Source: Perkinsus olseni
Taxonomy: Eukaryota
NCBI GenBank assembly: GCA_013115125.1
Contig: JABANN010000116.1
Coordinates: forward strand, 1-64,000
Reading direction: 5' to 3'
Length of the DNA: 64,000 bases
Shown: positions 50,601-64,000 of the stretch, piece by piece
Position numbering within the stretch: the first letter of the stretch is position 1
Layout of the letters: the number at the start of each line of letters is the position of its first letter
Made by a program: the position numbers and the translations under genes
The notes under the pieces: generated by a model
What the model saw: the letters and a program-made list of their open reading frames with translations, nothing else
Database searches by the model: none
Told to the model about the DNA's origin: nothing

Positions 50601-53600
50601 ATGACATTATTTTCCTTTCCCGGCCGATCGTTCCTTCCACTGGCGGCCCTTTGCTCATCCGTAATAGGGGCTAGGCTAGCCGCATCCATCTTCACGCTCA
50701 GTGTATGCCCGGGGTAGTAGGTGGCCAAGTCCAGCGTTTGAGGTCCGACCGAGGAATTGAATAGCCCACGGAAGCTCTCCAGTTTGAAGCAAGAAGACAT
50801 ACCGCAGTCCGAATCATCTTCGGGCACCACGTCCCGGACCTCGCTGGGGTTGGTGACTCTGAGTAGCTTGAAATGGTAAAGGCCGGGCTCGATAGGGAAA
50901 ATTGTTGGCTGCAGCGTGACCGTCCTAGCAGTGGTGTTCCACACACACTCGACCCCAGGAGGCAGCTCGGACCCTGGCTCCGCTGCCTCGGTGCTCGGCT
51001 CGGCCCCGCCAGAATCGTCATCTGCGACCACTGACAAGTGCGGTAGAGTCCATTCATTCATACCACTGGGGATCGTCCCCTCGGCCACCAAACGCCTAGA
51101 CTGGCTCGAGGTGGGCTCGAGTACGCAGGAAGAAGGCATTTCATAGCCCTCGGGAAAAGTGATAACGAGGGCGTCCGAAAGGGGATGGATGCTGCTGGCG
51201 GTGCGTGCCGTGAAGGTGACCTCAACCCGCTTACCCACGACAATGCTGCTGGGGGATACCTGAACCACACCAGGCAAATACAAGAGGAGCTACGCTCGAC
51301 GATTCATTCTGTGGCTCAACATTCGCAACGCTGGTGAGGGATGCACTTTCAGATTTCACATCGCGAAATGAAGAGTGAGTGATGGTGACACGCGATTAGC
51401 ACTCCCAGCTTTCCTCGAAGCCTCTCTAACGAGTTTCGCGGTATGACTGCGCGTGGATCAGTCATCTTACAGTGAAGGCTCCAAGGGAGGTTATCGTTCC
51501 AAGTTCCAGCATGGCCGCGTATGGCCGGTCGGCCGCCTCCACCTGAGGAGGAAGCGTCATCGAGACCGAACGGCACCCCAGAGCCCCGACCCACCTCGTC
51601 GAAGCCGAACTCGATGAGAAGCTTCCTTGTTGAGCCCGACGGGGGGAAGGATGGCACCATAACGGGAGCTCGGAAGCCGTAGATATGGGAGGAGTTGAAG
51701 AACAGACGCTGACTGCCCCAGGAGAGGACCTGAGGAAGACCGTCACCGTCAAACTGCAGCCTTCCTATGCTCACTGATGACTGATTCGTTGGCAACGTCT
51801 GTGTGGGCCACTCGGCGGTGATGTTATTCAACTGGTGGTAGACAGATGGGTCGCCTCTGGTGCAGTTCCGGCAGGCAACGAAGTCTTCGTCGGATCGAAT
51901 GACCCACTGCCAGCCAGCAGGTAGCGAGGCTCGAAATGTACCTCAGGAAGGAGGGCGATCGGTACCACAGGGATGAGTCTGTCGAGTACTGGTAGTCGAC
52001 CATGGCAATTGCCATAAGCGAATTTGAAGCATTGAGAGTTCCCTCCTCTGCCGATAAGGCACGGCCGAGCTGAGGCGAGCAGAGACGTGGAAGGTACCTA
52101 AAAGATCATCGAAATTGAGTTTCCCTGATGACAGCGGCAGCAGCCCCTACCATCCCTCAGTGGTTGGTCCGGCGTTGTGAGCATATACTGGTACAGCCGC
52201 CACGACCTCGCCACTGACTGTGGCATCAACGACACAGTACCTGGGGTGCCGTCGATGTATCTGAAGGGCAACAACAGGCCATCATCCCCAACAACACGTC
52301 GGCGGCCCTACTGCCGCTTGTCATTGAGAGTCCATATCCGCCATGCGTCGTCATCGCCAGAAACGATACTGTCAATAATAGGATTCACAATCCTCAAGCG
52401 GAAGCCGTATAGGGTGTCCTCCTTGAGCAGACGGTGAGTGTTTATGAGGGCTTGGTGGTACCTGCATGGGCAGCGGTGCAGCCGATCCGAAGAAGCCAAG
52501 TCGCACCGTATGGCAGTTCCCGTAGCTCCACTGTCTCCCTGCAGGTTCGGCCGGTCCTTAGCTTCGGCGAGGCCCTCACAGTTGAGTACGGTAGGAAGTG
52601 GGAAGGCGGTGACATCACCGCCGCTGACGTAGAAGTCCTCCCCCAGATCCTGCACCAGGCATGCCTTGCCGAAATCGAAGTGTCTAGGGGCATTGACCAG
52701 TATATACCCATCCTGGCCAGCCGACTGCTCAGTGTGGAACCATACGCTTATCCAGTGTCGACGAACGGTGGTAGCGGTCGAGACCGAGAAGTCGTCAGGA
52801 ACGATGATGGGCGTGCTGAGCTTGCCTAGCACTGGCCGGCTGCCATAGAACAGCTCCGGCTCGGAAGACATAAAGACGCTGCCCTCGACTTCGTACATGT
52901 TGCTGGCTTGAGAGTAATACCCACGAGAGGCGATTCTGACCCGCCATCTGTTGGAGCTGCTGGCTTGCCCAAGGGGGACGGATGGGTTGTCTACTATGAT
53001 CTTGGCCATGACACTGCTGCCACTATAAATGACGTCATAGCCCGACAGACCGAAGCTACACTCGTTAGTCGAGTCGAAGGACCACATCTCGGGCTTCTCT
53101 ACCGTGCCCCTGCCTTGGGGTACTCTCTGCTCGAACAGCAACAGATCATCCTCGACAGCGGCAGCCCCTCGACAGATATACCCCTCTGGCAAGCTTAGAG
53201 TGAATTGTGCGCTGGTTGCAGCGCCGCCACCAGCGAAGAGTGTCGCGCCAAGATTGAGCTTGACGTAAATGCTGTTGCCGGTGTCCGATCGGAAGGGCTC
53301 CGTGTCACCATCAGTGGCGAGGACCTGAGTGTACGACCTAAAGCGAACTGAGTGAAATCGGAGGCTTGCGGCCCACCTTTCCGACGGTGTATCCTGCATC
53401 AGGCTTCTTCCAGATGTAGTCCCCACTGGACATGATATAGGAGGGGCTTTGGTCTGTAGCCGTGGTGATCTGTGCTGCCAGTCTATCCGGGAAGAAGCCA
53501 CCCGTTGGCAACTGCAGATTGTAGAGCTCTATCTTATGCGCTCTTCCGCCATGCAGTGGAGTCATCCCACTAGGGAAGCTGAGTCTTAGGACGCTCTTAT

Positions 53601-56600
53601 GACCATTGGGCACGATCGTCTCGGTCTTGACTTCGGTGATATCACCACACACGTGCTCGGAGTCCACGGGCGTGCACACTGCTGTTGGCTCCCTTTCCAT
53701 GTCCCACTGCAGCAAGGGCCACAAGAATATCCGCAAGATGCTGCCACCAACAATGGCCGACAGTTCGTTCGCTGAGCCCTTCACAACCAGTGTTAGCTGA
53801 GCATCGCTGCCGCTGAGGGCGGAGCCGGTGGTCAACTCCCTCACTTGGTTGTTGCCTCCAGTAACTGCTAAGCCACCAGGTATCAGGAAGTGAGGATCAG
53901 TGACACCTCCCTCCGGCACGGCCAAGCGAGTGAGCAGTGGTCGGCCCATCTCCAAGGCGGTGTAGGGAGCGCTCTCTAGTGCAACCATCGAGATGATGCG
54001 GACATACTCTTGGTCGCTTGACTGCCCCGCGAAGCCTGCCATGTTCATAACGATCTTATAGCTGGTGTCCGGCCGCAGTCCACTACGACGATCGAAAACG
54101 ATGAAGAACTCTCTGTAGGAGTCGTAGGAGCGGTAGTAGCAGCCCTTGGGCATCGGAAAGCCGTTCTCAGTGTCGTCACTCCACAGCTCTTTAAAAAGCT
54201 TCCCGCAGACGTATTGCCGGGCCTCCTCGAGCTCATCTTCACTCGCGTTGTTGTCATCGATTTCCGGGCTCTCGGTGCCTGAGTAATAGGCCTCAAGAAA
54301 ACCCGTGTCCAGGAAGATTATCTTCAACTGCGTCAGCTCCGTCGACTGAGTGTAGTGCTTTCCGATAGCCCCGCTTGCCGTCTTGAACGAGATGACCCCA
54401 GGAGCCCGCACCCCTAGAGCCGTAGTTGAGAGGGACACGGAAGTTGCTGCCATCGGGAAGGGGTCCACAAATGATATGTGCCCTGCCTCAGCGACGTAGT
54501 TGCCGTTGCCGCCATACGACCAGCAGACTTTCAAGTCATGCTTCTCTGCAGTAGCTTTGATCTCCTCTTTCGTTATGACGCGGTTCAGGACAGTCCACGC
54601 ACCGAACGAAGAGCCTGTTGCGAAGACAGGCCGCCTGCTCTCCGGCCAGCCAATGTTCACTGCGAATTTCGTCAAAGTGCCATCCAAGGCTGTGACTGTA
54701 TGCCCCACGAAGTAGGTATCAGCCAGTGAGGCATTGTTAGTGTTGTAGTCCGCGAACTCATAGACGCCTTGCATCGCCGCGACCATGTCGTCATTGCAGG
54801 GGTTATCGGTGACGGTAGAATCACACTCAATACCGGAGGTGATGATGAGAACGTCCCCTGTTCTGAGGTAAGGTGCTCCAGAGAAGTAGAGGTAGGTCAT
54901 GGTGTCGCTGCTGACTTCAAGTCGAGTGATGAAGGCTCTATCGCAGTTGTTGTTTTGAACGTCACAGTTGATCTGGTCGAACCTTGGTGTAATACCAGCT
55001 ATGTTCGTTTCTGACCCTGCCACACTTGATGCTGTGGCACATCTTGTCGGGCACCCGACCTGAACACTCGGTTCCACATCGAGCGGGTTGCCACCGTTGT
55101 CCAGGCAGCTGGCTTCCGCGCGTATGATTCTGACAGTGTCCTCGCTACTTAGACCCCACCCTGTGTACTCGAACCGTACGCCAATGTTAGTTGCAAACGA
55201 CCATCGCTGGCCGGCCGTCGGCCCTCTGATAGTCAAGCGTAGAATGAGGCTCCAAGCGGCACTGTCGAGGCACTGGTATGTGGTGGGGTCCGTCAAGGCA
55301 CAGTAGCAGACGGCCATGATGCCGGCCTTAGTGGCCAGAAGAGTATCCGATAGGTCGCTGTGGTTGGTTTTGTTGGTGAAACCCATTTGGTACGGGAAAC
55401 TGCTGTGCTGAAGGCCTCTGTATCTCCCAGCCGTTGATTCGTAGAGAGCAGGCACATAGTCGGTATCCCACGGACGGGATTGGCACTCGGTATCGGTCAT
55501 TGATCCATCATCATCACTGAGCAGCTTCACGATACCGTTATCCTGCAGGCCAAGGGTCATCTGGTCGGAGGTGTGGTTGAGCCAACGGTTGAAGGTCAAA
55601 GTGCCGTTACGATTCACATACCGTAAAAAGGCGTACTCCTCCACCGTATCGCCCTGGAAGGCATAGCCGCTCGAAGGCCGGAAGGGGTGCAGTGAAAACT
55701 GGCCGACTTTGAACCAGCTTGTGGAAGTCTCACAAGATCCGTGGCAAAAACACACATCGAACTCCTTAGCCGAGTTGAAGTTCAACTTCTCGTGATCAGT
55801 CCAGCCCGCGTCGAATACGTAAGCTGGTGTGCCGTTGGCTGGCAGGCCGAATTCCTTCCAGTCCTGCCGGTAGCCGCCGTGAAGGGTGCAGTTGGTCGGA
55901 CTATAGCAAGTGGCTGGAGTAGGGAGCATTTCCGTGTGGCTGGCCCCATGGCAGCCATGGGCGATGGGAGTCGTGGTCCAGCTAGGAAGGTTAAACGCCG
56001 ATCCATGGCGAGAGGCGTCCGCGATGGCAACCACCTTTAGGCGACTGTCTAGATTGAACTCGCAGGCCCCTGGTGGACAATCGACTCTGACGCTGAACTT
56101 CTGGCCCGGGGTGACCGCTGTGAAGTAGTTGTCAGCGCAAGGCTGCAGGAAGGGACTGCACAGCCTCACTGTGTATATCTGAATGACTCCGATCTGTTGC
56201 ACGTACCTGATGGAAAGCAGCAGTACTGGCGATGGCAGTAGCCGAACGGAGTAGCTTACTCATCGAAGGCATCACATTTTCCGCCCACTGTAGCGTCGTA
56301 GTCTGGACAGTAGCAGGCCGCCACGGACGTCGCTGCGAATGTCGTTCCATTGAGCCACCCTACTGTTTGCGGAATCTTCACTTCCAAGTCGCTCTTCAGG
56401 CCATCGGTGCTCAGCATATACCCGCCGGTCATGTTGCAGCTGCCACCAGCATCACAGATGACCCCTGAGGGGTAGGTCGATCCGCAGGTCTGTACAGTAT
56501 ATGACGCCTGTGACCCCGTAGTAGAATCGTAGGTGGCGGCAAAGCTAGCTGACCAGGTGAGCTTGCCGGGAGCGTCCGAAGGCGTGAAGGCATCGTAGTT

Positions 56601-57630
56601 GACAATGCAGCTGTCTGCGGCACTACGGGCATTCCACAACGCCCAACACCGGAAGGGCCTTGAAGCCAGGCAGTCTCGGTCCTCACAGTTGACGCTGACG
56701 CCACTAACGTGTATTGATATGTCTGGTGTGTCTGTCTTCCCGCTGGCGAAGGAACCTGACAGGAAGCGCAGTTGAGGGAGGGCCTTCCTTGAAGGGCTCA
56801 CCGTCTGAGGAGTAACACAGACGATAGATACCGCCCATCTTGAAGGCCAATGGGGTAAGCGTGGTGACAGCCCCGCTAGTGGTCTGCCCATAGAGCAAAG
56901 CCGCTGGTGTAGTGACAGTGTCTGTTGTAGCCGCATGAGGTGTTTCAGCCCAGGGGTCGGACACTCTCGCTGGGCCTGCTAGCTGCGAGCTGGCATGCCC
57001 AGCCAAACAGTAGCCATTCTGCACCTGAAAGGAGCATCCTCGCCAGGGAGCCCAGGAACACTTGGGCTATGCTCGCTTCCTACCGTCGCGGTGTCCGGCT
57101 CTCCTATCACGAAAGTTATCCTGGCTTGATCGACACTGAACTGATCGCCGTTGCGCAGACGTATAGCCAACCATTGGTATCTAACATAGGCGATACCACT
57201 CCATCCACGATTCAAGATACCGCAAGCCTCACTCGAGACCAGCATAGAGTGCGTTGAGGTCCTTGAAGCTCTGCTGGTAACCACGATTGAGGGGAGTACT
57301 CTCGCTGGGCTCCAGCACCTCTACCTCGGTATTCGCTTGAACGAAGGCGTCTGTGATGGTAGCCTACATGACAAAGTTAACACGGCGGCTGCAGCGTTGT
57401 GCTATTTTCTGAAAGTCGGATAACCCGAAGGACGTCCTGCACCTCCTCAGAGGGAACATTGGCAAGCGGATAACACTCAATCCCCCAGGTGATCTTACCA
57501 AGTTTCTCTTGGTTTCCGAAGTGATGCGCTCCTTTCTAAGTGATGAGGACTCGGTCGCAGTTGAACCGCCGTTGATACAGACGGCTGCCAGAAGTGTAGC
57601 CGACAATGGCGAAAGCCGGCGACGCCACAT
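44615..57630 (-). CDS. Giant multi-exon secreted/surface protein (~13 kb locus), beta-strand and Cys-rich
   Basis: Signal-like start MWRRRLSPLSATLLAAVCING. Contiguous minus-strand exons include 954-, 452- and 397-aa ORFs. Recurrent YRLCY/ACYC/VCFC/VCYC/KVCW motifs. Could be more than one gene. Confidence 0.7.
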
Positions 57631-58810
57631 ACGCCGTAGAGCAGCTGCTTTCATTATATCATACACAGGTCAACTTCGGCACCGAGTCCTTCTAATTCGA
57701 GCTCAAGATCACAGGAAGGCTCTCATGTACTGCCTGAGCCTAATGTGATCGCCGCGACTTGTACAGTGTGCCAGTCCGCGCAATCTCCCCAACAAGATCG
57801 GAGAGAATCACACAGCCCCGCCGTTTCAGCATGAATTGACAAATCCAATACGGACTTGATTTGATGATTGAGATGATACGATGATTGAGATGATTACGGA
57901 TGATTGAGTTAAAGGGCTATCGAAACAATCTAGCTGGCCTTTTGAGGAAGCACTACCCTCTGTCCGTTGCATCACCACAGCCGAGAAGGACAACGAGCGA
58001 GCAAGGAAGAAATGGTAGGGCAACCCCTCAAGCCTGGTACATATAGTTGAATCAAATGTAATACAGCTCAAACTCCTTTGCTACTACTACTATTATCAAT
58101 GATAATAATGATGATAATTTATCATCATAACATCTAGCAATTAAGGTTGGTACAACAATGGTGAAAACAACAACAACTACCCCAGCAAGCGCTCTCGCCA
58201 CTGAGCGCATACCGAACGGACCCCGGGCTTTTTACTAGACACCCGATAGGAAATAGCAGACGATACAGCAGACCCCTCATGAGCAGATGTTGAGTTGCAC
58301 GAGTTGGTAGTAATGGCGGTGTATGGTAGGGCAGCTGGTGTTGACGCTGAAGCAGAGCTAGCAGCAGCACCGACAGCAGAGGCATCCGACAGCGAAGCAG
58401 CATAAAAACTCAGAACTAGAGAAGGATGGCGACTCAAGTTGTTGTCTATATGACGACAAGCAGTAGAGGGGTGCGCATCGGGGGCAATAGTGATGGTAGT
58501 AATAGTAGTTGAAGAAGGAATCGACCTAATGGCCAACATCATTAATGGCTTATTCCCAATAACCAACAGCAGCTACTGCTACAACGACGACGACAACAAC
58601 AACGCTAATGGTGATTAAGATGATACCAGCCGCACTGGAGCTCCAAATGATATGGTACAAGATACTGACGGAGCTCCTTGTACGGAACAACGGGAGGGTA
58701 TATAATGACGACCAGTAGCAGCGGCAAAATCTCACCGTTCATATAATGACTGTCAGCGGAGGCTCTTCAAACCCCCGCCTTCACCGCTCGCACAACTCCC
58801 ACCGCGGCTT

Positions 58811-60217
58811 CTAAGTTTCGATTCGCAAATTGGGTTTGCCATCGCCACGGCCACTGGCAGCGCTATGTGCGGAGCTCTTGGAAGCTCTTCTATGGTCTTC
58901 ACCGCCGCCTCCACCGTTGGACATGCGATGGAAGGTCCTCTCCGGCGGAGGGAAGGGGACCATCAAACCGTTGCGGAAGCATACAGGCTTGTACTCGTCG
59001 GGGATGGTACCTCGGGCCGCAGACTTGCGGAAATGATCAACATTGGCCTTCAACCCCTGCACTCGAGCTGGGCACACTTCGCAGACCTTATGTGACTTAT
59101 ACAAGGGCAGCTTCTGACCGTGGAATTCTTGCGTGAATCTTTCGACCTCATCCACATTAACAAAGTTGATGAAGGCGTACCCGAGGTTGCACTGATTCTG
59201 GAAGTCCATCGGCATATAGAAGAAGTCCATACTCATAGCAAAGCCCTTGTCTCGGATAACCTCACGGAGAGCCTCTGGAGAGAATCTATTGGGGATGTTG
59301 CGGAACATCACCGTTGTGTTGGGCCCGTCATGAGGAGGAGTCTCCCGATTGTATCTTATTGGTCCGCCTCCCTTCCTTACAGGTGCTCCTTGCTGTGGAG
59401 GGAATCTCGAACTCGTAGGGGCAGTAGTAGTAGAGGGACGGGTGCCTGCAGATTTCTGAGCTGCCTGGCCTTTCTTAGGAGGCGACATCGGCTGCTGCTG
59501 TGGTTGAGGCGATTTCTGCTCTTGTTGCTGTTGTTGGGTGTATAAGGGGAAGGGCTGAGGCGACGGTGCCTGAGGCGACTGCGGCACGGAAGCCGGAGGA
59601 GTATCTTGAACTGGCATGAGAGGTGGGGTCGCCAGCAGGCCATCCAAATGAGCGAGTACGCTGGCTGAAGCCGGATCTGGTGGGGGACATGAGCCCAGTA
59701 GGCCTTCTTCCTCATCGTCATTAACTTCTTCTATTCCCTCCAACCCAGGCTGATGCTGCGGTTTACGCAGAGAAGTGGGAGGCATGTATGAAGGGAAGGG
59801 CCCCAGATTGAGTCCACCATCATCGTTGCCAAAGCTATCCTCAATTCTATACGGATTGACATATTGCAGCTCCTGTGTAGCCGGATCATACTCTCCTATC
59901 AGCACCGAGGCATCCGTCTTATTAGCCGTCATATCACTCTGACTTCGCTGTCTACACATCTCCTGCAGAGTTGGGGGCGCCCCCACAGTCTCCTCCTCGA
60001 AGTGCACCACTGAGTTCTTCAACAATAATTTCACCGTCGATGGCCGCCTGTTCGAGTCCGGCTCATCATCACCCTCCAGAACGCCCCTGCTTCCAACAGC
60101 AGGGTCGTTGTAGCTGCTGCCCCATGCTCCCTGCTCCTCTTGGTCGTTTTTATCGAGATCGGCGATGACCGGCGACGGCTTCGGCAGCGAAGGTGGCTCA
60201 CCAAAATGGTCCATCAT
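58811..60217 (-). CDS. Mei2-like RNA-binding protein (C-terminal RRM3 only), intronless
   Basis: TTVMFRNIPNRFS...DFFYMPMDFQNQCNLGYAFINF...KVCEVCPARVQG is the Mei2 RRM3 (RRM_2) signature. Pro/Gln-rich disordered N-terminus. Confidence 0.92.
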   Translation of the reverse strand: MMDHFGEPPSLPKPSPVIADLDKNDQEEQGAWGSSYNDPAVGSRGVLEGDDEPDSNRRPSTVKLLLKNSVVHFEEETVGAPPTLQEMCRQRSQSDMTANKTDASVLIGEYDPATQELQYVNPYRIEDSFGNDDGGLNLGPFPSYMPPTSLRKPQHQPGLEGIEEVNDDEEEGLLGSCPPPDPASASVLAHLDGLLATPPLMPVQDTPPASVPQSPQAPSPQPFPLYTQQQQQEQKSPQPQQQPMSPPKKGQAAQKSAGTRPSTTTAPTSSRFPPQQGAPVRKGGGPIRYNRETPPHDGPNTTVMFRNIPNRFSPEALREVIRDKGFAMSMDFFYMPMDFQNQCNLGYAFINFVNVDEVERFTQEFHGQKLPLYKSHKVCEVCPARVQGLKANVDHFRKSAARGTIPDEYKPVCFRNGLMVPFPPPERTFHRMSNGGGGGEDHRRASKSSAHSAASGRGDGKPNLRIET

Positions 60218-60401
60218 TCACTGCTCTATCAATGAGGGGAAATGGCTCAACAACTACCGATGCCTTTCACAAATTCACAAGTTCCACCAGCACCACACGA
60301 CCCCTCCGCAACGCAGCCCACAACAGCTTCAGAAACATGCCCACGGTTGTGGGGCAGACGGGAAACAAGCATGTCACCGCGGCAAACACGGACGATCATC
60401 G

Positions 60402-63400
60402 TCAGGCGTTTCCACGCACATCAGTCCTACTCTGAGGCCCATCAAGTAGTACGATAAGCCGCCCTCGTCGATTCACTACCTTGGGTGCCATGAACCTCCC
60501 CGAGCCTGGCGTAGGGTAGAGAGTGTTCTCCTCGGTCGTCAAGGACTTCACCAGATTGAACTGCTGCCGCCGTTTGTTCAAATGCCACTGCCATTTATTC
60601 ATCACAGGCTGCCAAGCAAACCTGCGATGAGTACTACCATAAAAGCAGCCCTGGGAAGGCCTCCTTACCTAGTGAACCCTGGCCGGACCTCCAGTGGTGA
60701 TACCAATACATTGCCGCGCTTCTTGCCATGCAGTAGATGCCTACAACGATAGGAAGGTCCTCGACAGAGGAAGTCCTCTCCACCAACCTCCTCTCGTGGC
60801 GAATCATATGACCCTTCTGGTCGTATCGTCGACGGACCTCCTTGAACCATCGATCAGGCCAGTGCACCCAATGATCCCCCGGCGCCATCAGGTGAGCATA
60901 CCTTCACCATCAAGCAAAGGGAAGTCGCCGAGGCTTCTGAAGACATTACTTTTTGCCTTCCCCATTGGCGACAGTCCTCCGGCTCATTATCATGCTCGTC
61001 GTCCGAGTAATAGCCCTTGTTCTCGATAACCACGACAGCTCCCCTTCGAATTTCAACTCTACATTATGCAGACCCATGATGTAGACCCAAGGCAAGTACC
61101 TTCAGAGCCGACCTAAACTACCGCGCGCCACGAAATTCCTCGCACCGTCGATTGCATAGGATGCCAGACTCGGCGGGCAAGGGCAGTATCTTGCATTTCT
61201 GGCCGTACTCCCTCGCTATGACCGGGGCGTGCAGTGTCCGACTGCTGTCTAAATCAATGAACTGAAAGACGAAGCGAAGCCGTCATCCAGCGAGGCCCGA
61301 TGCCACAGCCTTGCCTGCAGTCTCTTGAGGGCCTGCATGGCTGCATCAGCCCGTGCTGTCGTAATGGTATTGCCATACCCAACACCGAAGCCGTAGACTC
61401 CTTTACCATTACCCACCATGAGGATACATCGGTAGTAGTACCTAGGTGCATCATCAGCACCAGCATGGACGACAACTCTGGCCCTACACGCGACCATTAG
61501 GGGCCATAGAGCATAGCCTAGAGACAGCCATCAAGTGCTGCCGCAAACCCTCGTAGTTGAGGAGAGGGTCGGTCACATTCTGCTGCCGCAGATACCTATA
61601 GATGCGCTGCTGCTGTCCTTAGACGGGACTTCTACACAAAGTCCTACATCTGCCGACGGGCGTCATAGACAGCATTCAGAGGTTGCTTCCACTTCCAGTC
61701 AACCGAGTTCTCATCCGGTCGCACAGCCTACATCATTACCCCCACGCAGTCGAGAGGACCTCAACAAGTTTCACTGCGCCAAGAAATGTCTCACCGGTCC
61801 CATAGTCTTATAGCTTTGAACCTCGCTCTCTATGATTTGCTCCACTGGAGTCTTCGAGAAGCTGTTTACGAACTCCTGAGATGCACTCGCCTCCACCCCA
61901 TCACCGCCCTCTACCCGACTACCTTGAACTCCTCATCATTCCTCTCCCGCTGTACGGCCAGGACCCTCGAGGCGTCGCCAATGTCCATCAGCCTGTCGAT
62001 CTGTTCATCAGAAAGGTAAGGGTTCTCGGGCAACGCAGCCAACTCCTCCGGTATCTACCACCACGATGGTGCTCACAGAGCAGACCACGCAGCAGCTCCT
62101 ACGGATTTAGAAGGCAGACCGTGGAGGAGTTTATACGGGTCCGTCGCCTCGAAGTCCAACAGGTTAGGCTTCCCTCGGGCTGCTGCCTTGAGCATCATAC
62201 TGGCCACGTTCATGTCCGCCGGTGTCGTCTGGCGAATCAGCGGCACCTAGCGTCAGACCGTGATGAGCGCTGTGAGAGCGGTCCGCTACATTTCCCTTCG
62301 GTATGTGCTTCTCGATATCCTCTATATTCATCTTCAGCCAATTGCCAAGGCCTATCTTCTCGAGGTCGTGTACCAGGGTCTTGAACTGTCCCAGCAGGCC
62401 GTTCCTGTCAGCGGCTATTAGGTGCTGCTGCATCCCCGCCCGTACTACTCCTCTGGGTCGAACTCAAAGAACTTGGCGAAGCTCTCGAACCACTTGCCGG
62501 CGTCTTGCACCGGGAACTCGAGGTTCCGATCATCCACCAGAGTGGCCGGGAGGGGATACCTGAGCGGTCATCCCGTCATAACAAGTGGGACCGACTGTCT
62601 TCTGCTGCAGAGACAACAAACACTACAAGCATGCAAGTTTATTGGGAAGATATAATTCAACCAACAGGCGTCACGAAACATCGCCGCCACGGGCAAATTC
62701 CCATCGACTTACGTGTCGTAAATAAAGTCCTCACCAAAGCTATACCACTCCTCCGTGCCTGAGTAAGAGCATCATCGCCATCAACCCCACTCAGGTCTAT
62801 GCTCCAGCATACCCTTCTTGGGTGCCTTGTGTAACCATATCTTTCTGTGCTCCTTCTGATTGTGTATGACACGTTGGAGATGTCCTCTCAGCCAGTCCGC
62901 CACATCCGTATCCGGCAGCCTGAGGAGCGATACTGCCGATGGCCCTCATGGCAGATCTGGTGTACTCGGCGATGGCAGGGGGCATGAGCTGCTTCAACCT
63001 AGGCCAATGGTTGAACATGAACTCGTCAACATACTCAGGATCCTTCCGCAAGGGGAAGGCGAACATCACGCTTTCTACCAAACGCTGAAACCTGATAGGC
63101 GCCATCCAACCGTCACTAGCTCCAGGACGGCCGACCTCAAAGGGTCATCCTGAGCGGGAAGCTCCTCTGCCTTTATGCCCAAACAAGATGCGATGTACCT
63201 AGCACACGCTATCACAAGATGCTGCCGCGGGAGCCCTTCTGTCTACTCCAAATCATCACATAAGCTCCTGCATGCAGCCTCCAGTGCTATCAGGAAGGCC
63301 TTCGGGTTGACTACTGGCAGCTGGAACTGGAAGGGGTCTACCACCTCATTCTTCAACTGACACCAACACAGCAAACGAGTGCCCCCGCTGGATGTGCTCA

Positions 63401-64000
63401 TCTCGTGAGCACCTGCAGCTTGTCTCGAGGGAGAACAGCCCCCGTCTGGTTAGGGGCTACCCCTCGGCCGCTCTCCATCATATGGAGTCTATTCATCTTT
63501 GCCTTTATACCTGCTCAACGAGAACTGGCCCATAGTCTACTGTGGGCAATACCTACTCAGCACTGCATCCTCTTGGTAGAACGGCAGGGCATCTGGTCGC
63601 AATGCCCGATACACACGCAGACCTTCGTTAACCTGGAGAGTACTACTTGAAGGACCTCATGGTTCTTGAACTAGATGACTGGCTAGAGCTAACCGCCCGG
63701 TAGAGTGCTTCACGATGAATTCGTCACTCGGAAGGGCCTCTCCCGCGGGTGTGGCGAGGCACGTACAGTAGATCGCAACACTTGCTCCTTCTCAGCAGCC
63801 AGCTTCCTAACATCCCTCTTAGACTCCAACAAGGCATTCCGTTCCTCCTCGCCGAACAACGAACCGATCTGATGACGATCCATCGTCCACTTCAGTCAGG
63901 GGAACCGACGCAGCAGCAACAGCCCACCTGCTGTTTGGTCAGCATGGTGTCCCTGGCATGCTTGTCCTTCTCCCTCCGCAATACCGACATCTCCGGAGCT
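60402..64000 (-). CDS. Large mitochondrial ribosomal protein uS5m-like, multi-exon; 5' end lies beyond the window
   Basis: YYYRCILMVGNGKGVYGFGVGYGNTITTARADAAMQALKRLQFIDLDSSRTLHAPVIAREYGQKCKILP is the S5 core. Many upstream exons on the same strand. Confidence 0.75.

Noticed and set aside
57830-58800. Short ORFs in (TAC)/(CAA)/(GAT)-rich DNA
   Set aside because: Low-complexity intergenic or UTR sequence; peptides are not protein-like.
1-64000. Spliced-leader RNA gene or relic (ACCGTAGCCAT...CTCAAG-type)
   Set aside because: No convincing match seen by eye; a formal search is still needed.

Overview
Eukaryotic, gene-dense nuclear DNA with many short GT-AG (some GC-AG) introns. Gene style and family content suggest the alveolate parasite Perkinsus (inference; not searched). 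Recognisable genes: a secreted 2OG-Fe(II) oxygenase, a DUF4708/C18orf63-like protein, an MZB1-like ER protein ending in HSEL, SURF2 with a long Gly-Lys tail, the DEAD-box helicase HAS1/DDX18, a NIPA-type Mg transporter, tRNA-Trp(CCA), a ~13 kb giant secreted-protein gene, a Mei2-like RRM protein and mitochondrial uS5. The most unusual part is a rearranged accessory cluster (~20.7-44.6 kb). It holds four GNAT-fold acetyltransferase paralogs with signal-peptide-like N-termini, three ABHD12-like serine hydrolases, a duplicated head-to-head GNAT/ABHD12 cassette and an in-frame ABHD12-NIPA chimeric pseudogene. Exon structures were read by hand, so some boundaries are approximate.
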